The notes beneath the pieces were generated by a model. That model was not told where the DNA came from and searched no databases. It saw only the letters and a program-made list of their open reading frames with translations. The translations under genes were made by a program, and so were the position numbers. From Candidatus Woesearchaeota archaeon (GTDB lineage: Archaea; Nanobdellota; Nanobdellia; Pacearchaeales; GW2011-AR1): a stretch of 64,000 nucleotides of DNA. Position 1 is the first letter of the stretch. The number at the start of each line of letters is the position of its first letter. Shown piece after piece: positions 44,761 to 55,400 of this stretch. The DNA is taken from assembly GCA_964355135.1 (NCBI GenBank), contig CAYHCG010000003.1, forward strand, positions 72,783-136,782, in the 5' to 3' direction.

Positions 44761-46281
44761 TCAGCATCCGTCTAAATAATCCATAATATCATTAGACAAT
44801 TGACCAATATCCCTTGCCCCAGTATAATATTGAGAAATATAACCATTTAATGTATCTTGATTTATACATTGTGTACATGAATCAGTTTGTTCATTGCACG
44901 TCAGTCCGGCACTGCAAGGATCTGCGCTATCTTGGCATCCCAATGTTGTGTTACATATCTCATTTCCGTTGCAAAAATTATTGTCTGAACAATCTGCATC
45001 GTTTGTGCATGCTTCGCAATTTATTTTAAAAATAGAAGCAGAACCCGCATCAGGACCATTAATGTTGTCATCCCAATATGCTCCGCCTATAACTTGGTCA
45101 TCAGAAACACCTACTGAAAAACCGAAATATTCATTTGTTGCACCATTAGGAGCCAATAATTTAGCTTCTTGATTCCATTCTAAACCATTTTCACGAAAAA
45201 CATATACTGAACCTGATTGGCTACCTTGATCATTATCTTTATATGCACCGATTGCAACCAAATTATTTGAAATTGCAACAGATGAACCAAAATAATCGTT
45301 TATAAATCCATCCGAAGGCCAAAGTTCAGATTCTTGAACCCAACGTTCACCCTCAATTCGCTCAGGATGATACCGATAGACATAAGCTGAGCCGAAGCCC
45401 AATCCTCCACTGTTATCTTGATAAGCGCCAACTATAGCTTTATTTTCAAAAATAGCTACTGAATAACCAAAAAGATCATTAGCCATGCCTTCGATGGCCA
45501 ATAACTTCTGTTCTTGAACCCAGTTATATCCATCAAAATGAAAAACATAAGCAGAGCCAGCAGCGTTACCCAGATCATCATCAGCATAAGCTCCTATCAA
45601 AATATTATCGCTATCTATACTTACAGAGTATCCGAAGTTGTCTCCCCCAGCTGCATCTTCAGCCACTAAATTTTGCTCTAAAACCCAAGATGTACCATTA
45701 AACCTATACACATAAGTCGAGCCAGCTTTGTAAAGAGCTGGAGAAGGAGAATACTGATGAGCCCCTATAATAATAACGCTACCAGATATGTCGATAGAAC
45801 TTATCTTTCCATTACTACCTACACTGTACCTGGCCTCCAAAATTTGTTGTTCATTCCAACTCGTACCATTCCAATTAAAGATATAAACTGCCCCAGCTTG
45901 GCCATTGATATAATGATTCGGTGCACGAACTACGGCTGTATTGCCCTCAATTGCTACAGACGTACCAAAGGCGTCATAGGCTCCTTGATCTGAACCAAAA
46001 AGCTTCTGTTCTTGAATCCAATTCGAACCACCCCTACGAAATATATATGCCGAACCAGATTGTACTCCTTTATCACCATCCAATCTAGCCCCAACGATTG
46101 CTACATCACCTGAAATAGCCACTGAGTAGCCGAAAAAATCCGAAGCCGCACCATGCGAAGCCACAAGTTCAATCCCATCACTCACAGAGCAAGTGCTTTG
46201 AGCAATCGCAACTTCACTACTTAAAATAAATGTCGCAAATAATATTATAAAAACTAAAATCATCCCCTCTCTTTTCATCAT
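44761..46281 (-). CDS. secreted FG-GAP (integrin-alpha-like) beta-propeller protein with Cys-rich module and tail
   Basis: About eight repeats of FG.SVAI.G...IVGA..D.....GSAY[VI]F. C-terminal Cys repeat and LNGYISQYYTG tail. Confidence 0.85.
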   Translation of the reverse strand: MMKREGMILVFIILFATFILSSEVAIAQSTCSVSDGIELVASHGAASDFFGYSVAISGDVAIVGARLDGDKGVQSGSAYIFRRGGSNWIQEQKLFGSDQGAYDAFGTSVAIEGNTAVVRAPNHYINGQAGAVYIFNWNGTSWNEQQILEARYSVGSNGKISSIDISGSVIIIGAHQYSPSPALYKAGSTYVYRFNGTSWVLEQNLVAEDAAGGDNFGYSVSIDSDNILIGAYADDDLGNAAGSAYVFHFDGYNWVQEQKLLAIEGMANDLFGYSVAIFENKAIVGAYQDNSGGLGFGSAYVYRYHPERIEGERWVQESELWPSDGFINDYFGSSVAISNNLVAIGAYKDNDQGSQSGSVYVFRENGLEWNQEAKLLAPNGATNEYFGFSVGVSDDQVIGGAYWDDNINGPDAGSASIFKINCEACTNDADCSDNNFCNGNEICNTTLGCQDSADPCSAGLTCNEQTDSCTQCINQDTLNGYISQYYTGARDIGQLSNDIMDYLDGC

Positions 46282-46346
46282 ATTATTTATTCACACTCAT
46301 TTATATATTTTCAATATTTATATTTCTATTCATTTTGAACTAAATT

Positions 46347-49300
46347 CTACAAATAAACATCTAATGCGTTTGATAAATCGTTAATATTAACATTCCCCGC
46401 ATAATATCCATTAATATAATTAGTAATTTCATTGCTTTCTATGACGCCATTACAATCTCCATAAGGAGCGGTATCTGCGCCGGTATTACAACTAATTACT
46501 TGACACTGATCAATTGCCTCATTACAAGTTTGCGTTGAGGGATTGCAAGGTAGTATTCCAGAAACACATTTATCTACATCCGTCACATTAGTAGGATCAC
46601 AAATCTCCGTTCCGTCACAGAATAATCCATTGGAGCATAAAGCATTGTTAGAGGTGTGATCAATGCGATCAAGAGCTTCATCGCAACTATCTACAGTACA
46701 AGCAATATTATCATTTATATTTGGAGCGGTTCCTGCCTGACATCTCTGATTCGCATTGCAAGTTTCTACACCATTGCAATAATTATTATCGTTGCAATTA
46801 ATATCATCATTACATGTCAATCCAAATTCTACAACTGGATTTTTATCTGAATTCATTGTAACAAAGCAATGAATCCCATTAACAATGTTACACCCGCTCC
46901 ATGAAGTAAATGTAAATCCTGGATTAGAATCAATGGTTGCAGTTAAATCTACTGTTCCTGAAGCATAACTCGCAGAACAAGTCGGCCCACAATTAATTCC
47001 TGCAGGATTTGAAGTAACAGTCCCTCCTAATATCCCAGTTTTATTTACTGTCAAAATAAATCCAGATGAAGGAAGAACAGTTAAGGTAAATGAAGTCGTT
47101 CTAGTTATTCCTCCTGCAGTTCCATTAACATAAATAGTATGAATGCCTAAAGGTGTTGATGCCCCTGCGCTAATTGTCATTATAGTACTGCAAACAGTAT
47201 TTGGAATACAGTTAGTTGGGTTAAAACTTGCAGTTACTCCGCTAGGCAAATTGTATGCCAAAAATGAAACAGTTTGTGTCGTTCCAGAAACTAAATTAGC
47301 AGTTATCGTCGTTGAATTTGAATTCCCTCTTGCAACGCTTCTAGATCCAGAATTAGTAAGAGAAAAGTCAATAGGAGAGAAGCTGTTAAAAGTTGCAATA
47401 GGATTTCTATTACCATTCATATTCGCTGTACATACATTACCATTCACACTATCGCATCCGCTCCAAGAACCAAGTACATATCCGCTAGCGGCATTAGCTG
47501 TTAATGTTACAGGAGTATTTGCATTGTATGCTTCAGTGCAGTCGTTTAGAGTGCCGCTTCCACATGATATTCCTGTTCCGGTTATATTTCCCTGTCCAAT
47601 TACAGAAGTAGTTAGAGTAAATTGCTGAATAAACGTAGCAGTAGGATTAGCTGATGAACTTACTATACAATTTCCCGTTCCACTACATCCATTACTCCAT
47701 CCTGCAAACATATACCCACTTGCAGACATCGCTGTCAAGTTTACAGTAGTTCCTTGATTAAATGTTGCAGTGCAAGTAGCTCCACAATTGAGTTGACTTG
47801 CCTGATCAGGATTGCTTGTTGATGTAACTGTTCCCTGCCCAATTTTATTCACACTTACAGTATAACTTGAACTTGGATTAACAGTCATAGTAAAAATTCC
47901 TGATTTGGGAGCAACTCCTGAGCCAGAACTAGTGTCAATGTGGTTTACTGTATGAATTCCTGTTTGTGCAGAAGCCATGGCAGAATAAGTAAATGTTACT
48001 GTGCATGTTGTTGGTGTTGGCGTACATGTTTTATTATTACCACCGATCAAACTAACCCCACTAGGCAAGCTTCCAATATTTACACTAACTGGTAGGTCTA
48101 ATATGCTAAACGTCTCCGATATAGTCACTGTTTGCGATGTAGTACTACCTTGAGTTAAAGATATGGGAGGGGCACTTACGAAATAATCCATAAATATTGG
48201 TAAGTCAAATACAGCTACGACACTCCTGTTAGAATCCATATTCATAATACAAAGAGTGTCTGGAAAACCAATCTCATCGCACCCAAAGTAAACGTATTTG
48301 CTTCCTGCACTTGCATTAGCAGTTAATCTCGCCTGGGATCCAAAAGGATAACTGGCATTACATATATCTCCACAATTAATACTGATAGGGTTGCTCTTAA
48401 CTGTTCCTGTTCCACTGCCTATTTTGTTTACAGTTAATGTGTGGTAGCCAGATAAGAGTTGGCATGAATTTGTTGTTTCATCACAAGTATACCTAGAGGG
48501 ATTGCAGGAATCAGTATTATCCATGCAACCTTGAGCTGCAGTGCATATTTCACTGCCATCACAATATAATCCATTATCACATAAGCTATTTTGAGCAACA
48601 TGAGAACAGGACCCTGCATTGCAAATATCCTGAGTACAGCTAAATCCATCATTGCAATCAGCATTTTGCGTGCATTGTACCACATTACCGGCGGTAAATT
48701 TAACTTCTAAAGCAGGCCTAATTTCTCCATTCGCTGGATCAGTCAACGAACTCCATAATGAGATTCTAAGATCAGTATAAGGTTCATCAGGCATTGTATA
48801 AACATCATATCCTGCCCTCATACCTAAAGTGCTGTATCCTGTTTTATTTATATAATTAAGACCGATTGGATTAAATGTAAAAGTAATTTTATCCCCTGCC
48901 AATTCACTTATATCAACCCTATTTGCAAGTTCTACTGGGTTATCGACAGAACTGAATTTACTAAAATCGTCCGCCTGTAAAATGGGAGGATTTGTAATAT
49001 TAACAGGCACTAAAGTTATAAAATCATATGAAGCTGGATTAGTATTGAGAATAACCCCTGCTTTAGTAAGATTCAACTTAACAGATTGTATTAAAGCATT
49101 GTCAGGTATTGATGAAGTATCAAAAGAAATAGAAATTCTCTTTAAACCTTTTACTCCAGTAACGTTATACACATTGAACAGGTAGAGAGTATCGTACGGA
49201 GCCCCTACAACTCCGGTTTGTGCATTTCTTAAAGTATCCCAATTCGGTGCACTGTTTTGTGATTTAAATATTTCCGCTGCACCCGGGTAAGCTTCAACCT

Positions 49301-51098
49301 TTAAAGTGCATGTTCCATCTGGATTAATTGTATTTCCCTCTCCACATATAGGATCGACGCAAGATGAAGTATCAAATCTGCATGAAGAGTCGCAAGATAA
49401 AATTCCTCCCTGCCTATATCCAAGGCCATGACAACTCTCTCCACTAAAATTGATTCCATCACACTCCTCCCCACTGTCTAACTGGTTATTTCCACAAAGA
49501 AAATCACCCACTTCAATTTCTGCATAATCCTCAGTTAAATTTAATAGTCTTATACTTATATCATGATAAGGATCAAAAAAAGTTTCTCCGACCCTTAAGG
49601 CAACATCTGCCCTATAGTATCCTCCATCCCCTCCAACAGGACGCATATCGATAATATTTGTCATAGTATTTGAGTAATAATGATCATTACGAATTAATAC
49701 TCCGTCATAAACATCTAGTCCAATACCTGAAATAATAGCATCGTAACCAATTGATCTGCGATATTCTACATAATAATTATTGTCATAATAAATACTTCCA
49801 GTACCGGGGATAGGTATTTTCAGTGACTTTACCCCATTAGTATTTGTCTCAAGCGGTTCAATACGGTGTATCCCTTGGCTTGTTTGCAAAATTTGCGAAT
49901 ATTCAAGCCAACCCATATTTACTTTGTTGAACGCACTATAATGTCCTTTAGAGCTCCCCATAGTATCAAAAACATCTCCATAACCTCCCCCCAAACAGCC
50001 ATCATCATTTCTGATAACATCATCAAAGCAGTTTAGATATCCCGCATGTAAAAGTCCAAAATTGTGACCTAATTCGTGAGACCCAGCCCCATTTTCTATA
50101 AAATGCGGACCATTCAACATCATAGTACTCCATTCGGTTCCATTAAATAGTGCGGCTCCACTCATGTTTCTGAACGTATGCTTGCCTAAAGAAGCACCTC
50201 CAGCCATATTACAAGAAGAGTCCAGAGGAGTAATTATAATAATTCTGTCATATTGCATAATATCAACATGCTCTTGTACTAAAGTAAGATTCCAACCATA
50301 ACAAACACTGGTTATAGAATCTGTATACCATCCAAATACGTCTCCGCTAAGCCAAGTTTTCCCGCCAGAAACTTCCTGCACCCAGCTATTGAGAGAATCA
50401 GGCATTCCAGTCAACCCATCATTCTCATTATAATAACTTTCATTAAACATTCTGTCCCATACTTCTTCTCTTGTCATCGGTTCTATAAGGTTATCATATC
50501 TATTTATTAATACGACAACCACTTTCTGCTCCCCTAAATTATCTGCCTGCGTACCCGCAACTCCTCCCTCATTTATAACTTCAAATAATTGAACATCAAT
50601 TGTTTCATCTCCAGAAGCAACATTGCTAAAAGTTCCAGTAACTTCAATAGTTACTCCAGAAATTATATTGGGTTCTTGTCCTTGCGCAAAATTTAATTTG
50701 TATTGAGCTCCTTGCTCTGTCATTAAATGATATTCAAAATAAGAGTTTTCAGGATTATCAAAATCATCAAAAACCTTAACTAAAGAAGTGCCAGATAAGG
50801 TAACAGTTTCTCCAGGGTTGAAGAAGATATTTTCTGAACTATCAACTTTATCATCATTACTAAAACCAAAAAAATCTTTTACATCCTCCCAAAAACTATT
50901 TTCAGTTACTCCATTCAACTTTGTACTCTCTTCTCTCCCTTCATAGACACTAAAACCATTTACACTAAATTTAAAGATACCTAAAATAATAATTATTCCA
51001 ATTAATAATATCAAGGATACATAAAAAATATTTCTTTTCTTCCCCACCCCCCTTTTCATCCAATAATCAATCTTCATCCATTTAAAATTCTTTCTCAA
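46347..51098 (-). CDS. giant secreted M11-like metzincin with DNRLRE-like sandwich, InlB-B-repeat-like modules, Cys-rich repeats and tail
   Basis: HELGHNFGLLH; repeats such as TLTVNKIGSGTGTVKSNPISINCG; tail VIESNEITNYINGYYAGN. The likely true start is MKRGVGKK at 51059. Confidence 0.85.
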   Translation of the reverse strand: MRKNFKWMKIDYWMKRGVGKKRNIFYVSLILLIGIIIILGIFKFSVNGFSVYEGREESTKLNGVTENSFWEDVKDFFGFSNDDKVDSSENIFFNPGETVTLSGTSLVKVFDDFDNPENSYFEYHLMTEQGAQYKLNFAQGQEPNIISGVTIEVTGTFSNVASGDETIDVQLFEVINEGGVAGTQADNLGEQKVVVVLINRYDNLIEPMTREEVWDRMFNESYYNENDGLTGMPDSLNSWVQEVSGGKTWLSGDVFGWYTDSITSVCYGWNLTLVQEHVDIMQYDRIIIITPLDSSCNMAGGASLGKHTFRNMSGAALFNGTEWSTMMLNGPHFIENGAGSHELGHNFGLLHAGYLNCFDDVIRNDDGCLGGGYGDVFDTMGSSKGHYSAFNKVNMGWLEYSQILQTSQGIHRIEPLETNTNGVKSLKIPIPGTGSIYYDNNYYVEYRRSIGYDAIISGIGLDVYDGVLIRNDHYYSNTMTNIIDMRPVGGDGGYYRADVALRVGETFFDPYHDISIRLLNLTEDYAEIEVGDFLCGNNQLDSGEECDGINFSGESCHGLGYRQGGILSCDSSCRFDTSSCVDPICGEGNTINPDGTCTLKVEAYPGAAEIFKSQNSAPNWDTLRNAQTGVVGAPYDTLYLFNVYNVTGVKGLKRISISFDTSSIPDNALIQSVKLNLTKAGVILNTNPASYDFITLVPVNITNPPILQADDFSKFSSVDNPVELANRVDISELAGDKITFTFNPIGLNYINKTGYSTLGMRAGYDVYTMPDEPYTDLRISLWSSLTDPANGEIRPALEVKFTAGNVVQCTQNADCNDGFSCTQDICNAGSCSHVAQNSLCDNGLYCDGSEICTAAQGCMDNTDSCNPSRYTCDETTNSCQLLSGYHTLTVNKIGSGTGTVKSNPISINCGDICNASYPFGSQARLTANASAGSKYVYFGCDEIGFPDTLCIMNMDSNRSVVAVFDLPIFMDYFVSAPPISLTQGSTTSQTVTISETFSILDLPVSVNIGSLPSGVSLIGGNNKTCTPTPTTCTVTFTYSAMASAQTGIHTVNHIDTSSGSGVAPKSGIFTMTVNPSSSYTVSVNKIGQGTVTSTSNPDQASQLNCGATCTATFNQGTTVNLTAMSASGYMFAGWSNGCSGTGNCIVSSSANPTATFIQQFTLTTSVIGQGNITGTGISCGSGTLNDCTEAYNANTPVTLTANAASGYVLGSWSGCDSVNGNVCTANMNGNRNPIATFNSFSPIDFSLTNSGSRSVARGNSNSTTITANLVSGTTQTVSFLAYNLPSGVTASFNPTNCIPNTVCSTIMTISAGASTPLGIHTIYVNGTAGGITRTTSFTLTVLPSSGFILTVNKTGILGGTVTSNPAGINCGPTCSASYASGTVDLTATIDSNPGFTFTSWSGCNIVNGIHCFVTMNSDKNPVVEFGLTCNDDINCNDNNYCNGVETCNANQRCQAGTAPNINDNIACTVDSCDEALDRIDHTSNNALCSNGLFCDGTEICDPTNVTDVDKCVSGILPCNPSTQTCNEAIDQCQVISCNTGADTAPYGDCNGVIESNEITNYINGYYAGNVNINDLSNALDVYL

Positions 51099-51102
51099 TC
51101 AC
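51052..51102 (-). promoter_or_regulatory. 51-nt segment identical to 43284-43334, directly after the ATPase stop
   Basis: Same sequence. The ATPase stop codon (51099-51101) lies inside the identical block. Confidence 0.6.
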
Positions 51103-52382
51103 TGCAGAAGCCATTTCCAGACTGGAATTAGTTTTATTTTCTTCCCTTCAATATCTATACTTTCTTCTTCATCCAGAGTTATTATAATTCCTTCTTTAAG
51201 TTTAAATTTGTTTAATGCTTCAAATAATCCATTTACTTCCCGTTGTTTATTATCCATTGTAATTTTTTCACTCACTTGAATTGCCTCAACTATCTTTTCT
51301 TTTTCCAAAATTAGAAAATCACATTCATGATTATCCCTGTTATAAAATACCTTTTTACCTTTTCTCCTAAGTTCTAAAAAAACAATATTTTCAAGCAGTT
51401 TACCTCTATCTTCTGAAAATTTAAAACTTATTGCATTTAACATTCCATTATCTATAAAATATACTTTTTTTATCGAACCAAGCTGTTTTCCTAAGGAATA
51501 TTCATATTTTAAGTTCTGAAAGAAAAGATAGGCATCTTCAAAATAAGAGATATATTCAATAATTGTATTCTTGCTTGTATTCATACCCATAGATTTCAAT
51601 TTATTAGCAAGATTATTATAAGAAATATCTTTTGAAACAGATTCCATTAATAAATTTGCTAGTATTCTTATTTTCTTTACATCTTCTATTTTGTGCCTTT
51701 CAACAAGATCTTTAAAAATCATAGATTCATAATAGTTTTGCAAAATTTCTTCACTATTTACTTTCTGGAAAATTAAAGCAGGATACCCTCCATCTTTAAT
51801 ATAAGCATTAAATAACTTCTTAATTTCTATCCTATCATTACTATGTGGTAAAGTTCTAATATCATATTTTATCTTTTTCCAGCTGACAATTTCCTTAAAG
51901 CTTAATGGAAAGATTTCTTTATTGAGAACTCGTCCCCGTAATGTTGTTGATATTTCCTTGCTAAGTAATTTCGAACTTGAACCAGTAAGAACAAATTTAA
52001 TTTTCTTGTTTACATCATGAAGTTTTCTAACCCAAGAATCCCAATTTTTTACATTTTGTATTTCATCAAGAAATAAATATATCTTCTGATTTTTATTTAT
52101 ATCGTAAAGTTCAAAATAAGCCTGGAGAAGTTTTTCTAAATCGTCTGAATCTGCTCCAATAAGTTTATTATCTTCAAAGTTTATATATAAAATGTTCTCC
52201 CTTCCAACATTATTTTTAATTAGATCTTGCATAATTTGAAAACATACAAATGTCTTTCCTGCTCTTCTAGGTCCAGATATTGTAGTTATAAAATCTCCAT
52301 CTAAACTTATGTCATGGCTCCTGCTAAAAAGCTGGGGAATTTCAAATTCTTTCCAATTAGTTATTATTTCTTTATGATTCAT
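51099..52382 (-). CDS. AAA+ ATPase of the AAA_14 + DUF4143 (COG1373) type, paralog
   Basis: Walker A GPRRAGKT, Walker B LFLDEI, E-CDFLI motif. Same C-terminal VWKWLLQ as the 43401 paralog. Confidence 0.88.
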   Translation of the reverse strand: MNHKEIITNWKEFEIPQLFSRSHDISLDGDFITTISGPRRAGKTFVCFQIMQDLIKNNVGRENILYINFEDNKLIGADSDDLEKLLQAYFELYDINKNQKIYLFLDEIQNVKNWDSWVRKLHDVNKKIKFVLTGSSSKLLSKEISTTLRGRVLNKEIFPLSFKEIVSWKKIKYDIRTLPHSNDRIEIKKLFNAYIKDGGYPALIFQKVNSEEILQNYYESMIFKDLVERHKIEDVKKIRILANLLMESVSKDISYNNLANKLKSMGMNTSKNTIIEYISYFEDAYLFFQNLKYEYSLGKQLGSIKKVYFIDNGMLNAISFKFSEDRGKLLENIVFLELRRKGKKVFYNRDNHECDFLILEKEKIVEAIQVSEKITMDNKQREVNGLFEALNKFKLKEGIIITLDEEESIDIEGKKIKLIPVWKWLLQ

Positions 52383-52463
52383 ATTTTGTATTGAACAAAT
52401 TTGATATTATTTGTATTTTATATGATACATTTAACTATTTAAATCTTTCTAAACACTCTAAGC

Positions 52464-55400
52464 CTACAAATAGACCCCTAAAGCATTCGACAAATCGTTA
52501 ATATTAACATTCCCCGCATAATATCCATTGATATAATTAGTAATTTCATTACTCTCAATCACACCATCGCAATCTCCATAAGGAGCGGTATCTGCGCCGG
52601 TATTACAAACAACATTTTCACAAATATCGGTCTGCTCGTCACACGTCAGTCCGGCACTGCAAGGATCTGCGCTATCTTGGCATCCTTGCGTAGTACTGCA
52701 ACTTTCACTTCCGTCACAGAATAATCCATTGGAGCATAAAGCATTGTTAGATGTATGATTAATTCTGTCATTTGCTTCATCGCAACTATCTACAGTACAA
52801 GCAATATTATCATTTATATTTGGAGCGGTTCCTAACTGGCAATGCCCATTTCCAAGATTGCATGTTTCTGCACCATCACAATATAAATTATTACTACATT
52901 CACTATCTTGACCGCACTCTTTTGTATATTCCCAAACTGGATTCTTGTCTGAATTCATTGAAGTTATAGAACAAAGAGTTGGATTTGAAGCACTGCACCC
53001 GCTCCATGACATAATCGAGAATCCAGGAACAGAATCAGGGTACGCATTTAAAACAACTGGCGTGTTAGGAGCAAAACCTCTTGAACATGTGGAACCACAA
53101 TTTATTCCCCCCGTAGTTGAATTCACCATTCCAGTATAAATCCCCGTCTTATTTACCGTCAAAACATAACCTTGAGTAATGTTTAATGCAAATGTTGTTG
53201 TTTTTGTGACTAATCCACTTGTCCCATTTACATAAATAGTATAAGTTCCAGATACAGAAGGTACACTAGTAGACAAAGTCAAATTAGTTGAACAAACAGT
53301 ATTAGGCGTGCAACTAGCAGGAGTAAAATTCGCACTCACACCAGCAGGCAAACCATAAGCTAAAAACGAAACACTCTGCGGAGTACCAGTAATGAGCGTT
53401 GCATTGATAAGCGTAGTATTTGAATTTCCTCGTATAACTTTTCGTGTTCCTAAATTTGATAAACCAAAATTAAATGAATTATCTATAAAATTAGCAGTTA
53501 ATAAAGTTGGATTATTTGTCCTATTTACAGTGCACAAGTTTCCATTTTCAACAGGACAACCCGTCCAAGAAACAAAGCTACTTCCAGACATAGCTGTTGC
53601 ATTTAATAAAACTGTTTGAAATGTTTCAAAGGAATATGTACATACCCCAGGACAATTTATTCCTGTTGGGGTTGAATTTATTATTCCATTTCCCGTTCCT
53701 GCTTTCGCAACATTTACTGTATAAATCGAAATAGAATTTGAAAATGTTGCACTAACTGATTTCGAGGCATCCATTGTCACAACACAACTTCCTGTTCCGC
53801 TGCATCCCCCGCCCCATTCAACAAATGTCCACCCTTCTAAAGGTGTTGCAGTTAATGCAATTAAAGTACCTGTATTGACTGTTTCGCTACAATCCCCAGT
53901 TGATCCAGTTAAACAACTAATTCCGTTTCCAGTTATATTTCCAGATCCGATAACTGATGTTGTCAAAGTAAACTGTTGAATATTAAAGGTAGCATTTACA
54001 GTTTTAGCAGAATTCATAGTCACATTGCATAAAATATTTCCAGGCCCATAAACACTATTGCATCCAACCCAACCAGCAAATGTATTTCCAGGAGAGGCAG
54101 TTGCATTAAGAGTAACATTTGCATTTACTTTAAATGAAACATTTTGATTTAAACAAATAGCACCACATCCAATCTGATTTACCTGACTTGGAATACTTGT
54201 TGAATTTACAGTTCCAGTCCCAGTTCCTTTTTTGTTCAATGTCAAATTATAATTCAATTGATTTACAGTTAAGGTAAATGAGGTAGTATTAGTTAATCCT
54301 CCACTAGTACCGTTTACATAAATTGTATAAGTTCCAACAGGAGTAGAAGCACTAGTTGTCAAATTTAATATTGTTGAACATGTTGGATTACAGCTTGTAG
54401 GAATAAATGAAGCCGTTGTTCCAGGAGGCAACCCATAAGCCAAGAAAGACACAGCTTGTGTCGCACCAGAAATAAGCGTTGCATTTATTATATTTGTTAC
54501 GTTTGACCCCTGAATAACAGTTCTAGATCCATTATTAGATAGATTAAAATTAAATGAAGATAAAGTAAATGTAACATTAACTGTCTTCCAATCATTCATA
54601 GTCACATTGCATAAATTATTTCCTAGTCCATAAACAACACCACATCCAGTCCAGCTAGTAGAATATCCGCTAGAAGGATTTGCTATTAAAGTTACAACTG
54701 AATTAAAATTATAATCGAAATAATCTTCTTGACAAGTCAGACCGCAATTTATTCCGCTAGGATTACTTGTAACTGTTCCACTAGAAGCAGCACTTTTTTT
54801 ATACAACTCCAATGTTGGTTTTTCAAAAGACACATACACTGTACGATTCACATATAAAGTAACATTACATCTATTCCATGTAGAAGGATTATGATCTTGA
54901 TATAAATTATCACAACCTAAATAATAAGCTACATAATAATTTACTGGAGAAGTAAATAATAAACTCACATTTGTTCCATTATTAAAAATTCTAGTTTGAT
55001 AATCACAATTACTGCCACAATTAAACTGATTCCCATTATCTGGAACACTTGTTGAAGTAACCGTTCCATTAACTACTCCTTCCTGCCATAATTTTATCTG
55101 GAATTGCCTTACTGCGGATGTTGTAGAGAAATTCGCAATTACATTCTTATCTGAAGTCATTGTTACATTGCATAAGCTATTTCCTGGTCCAAATACAGAA
55201 TTGCATCCGGTCCAATTTACAAATGTACTTCCAAAGTCAGGATAAGCAGTTAAAGTCACATTTGTATTTGGGAGATATGTGTAGTTGCAAATTGTAGGGC
55301 AGCTGATAATCGTATCACTACTGAATACATATCCGTCCCCAGCGCCGATTCTGTTTACAGTTAAATTGTATCTAGGAATAGGTGCGAAAGTAGCATTTAC

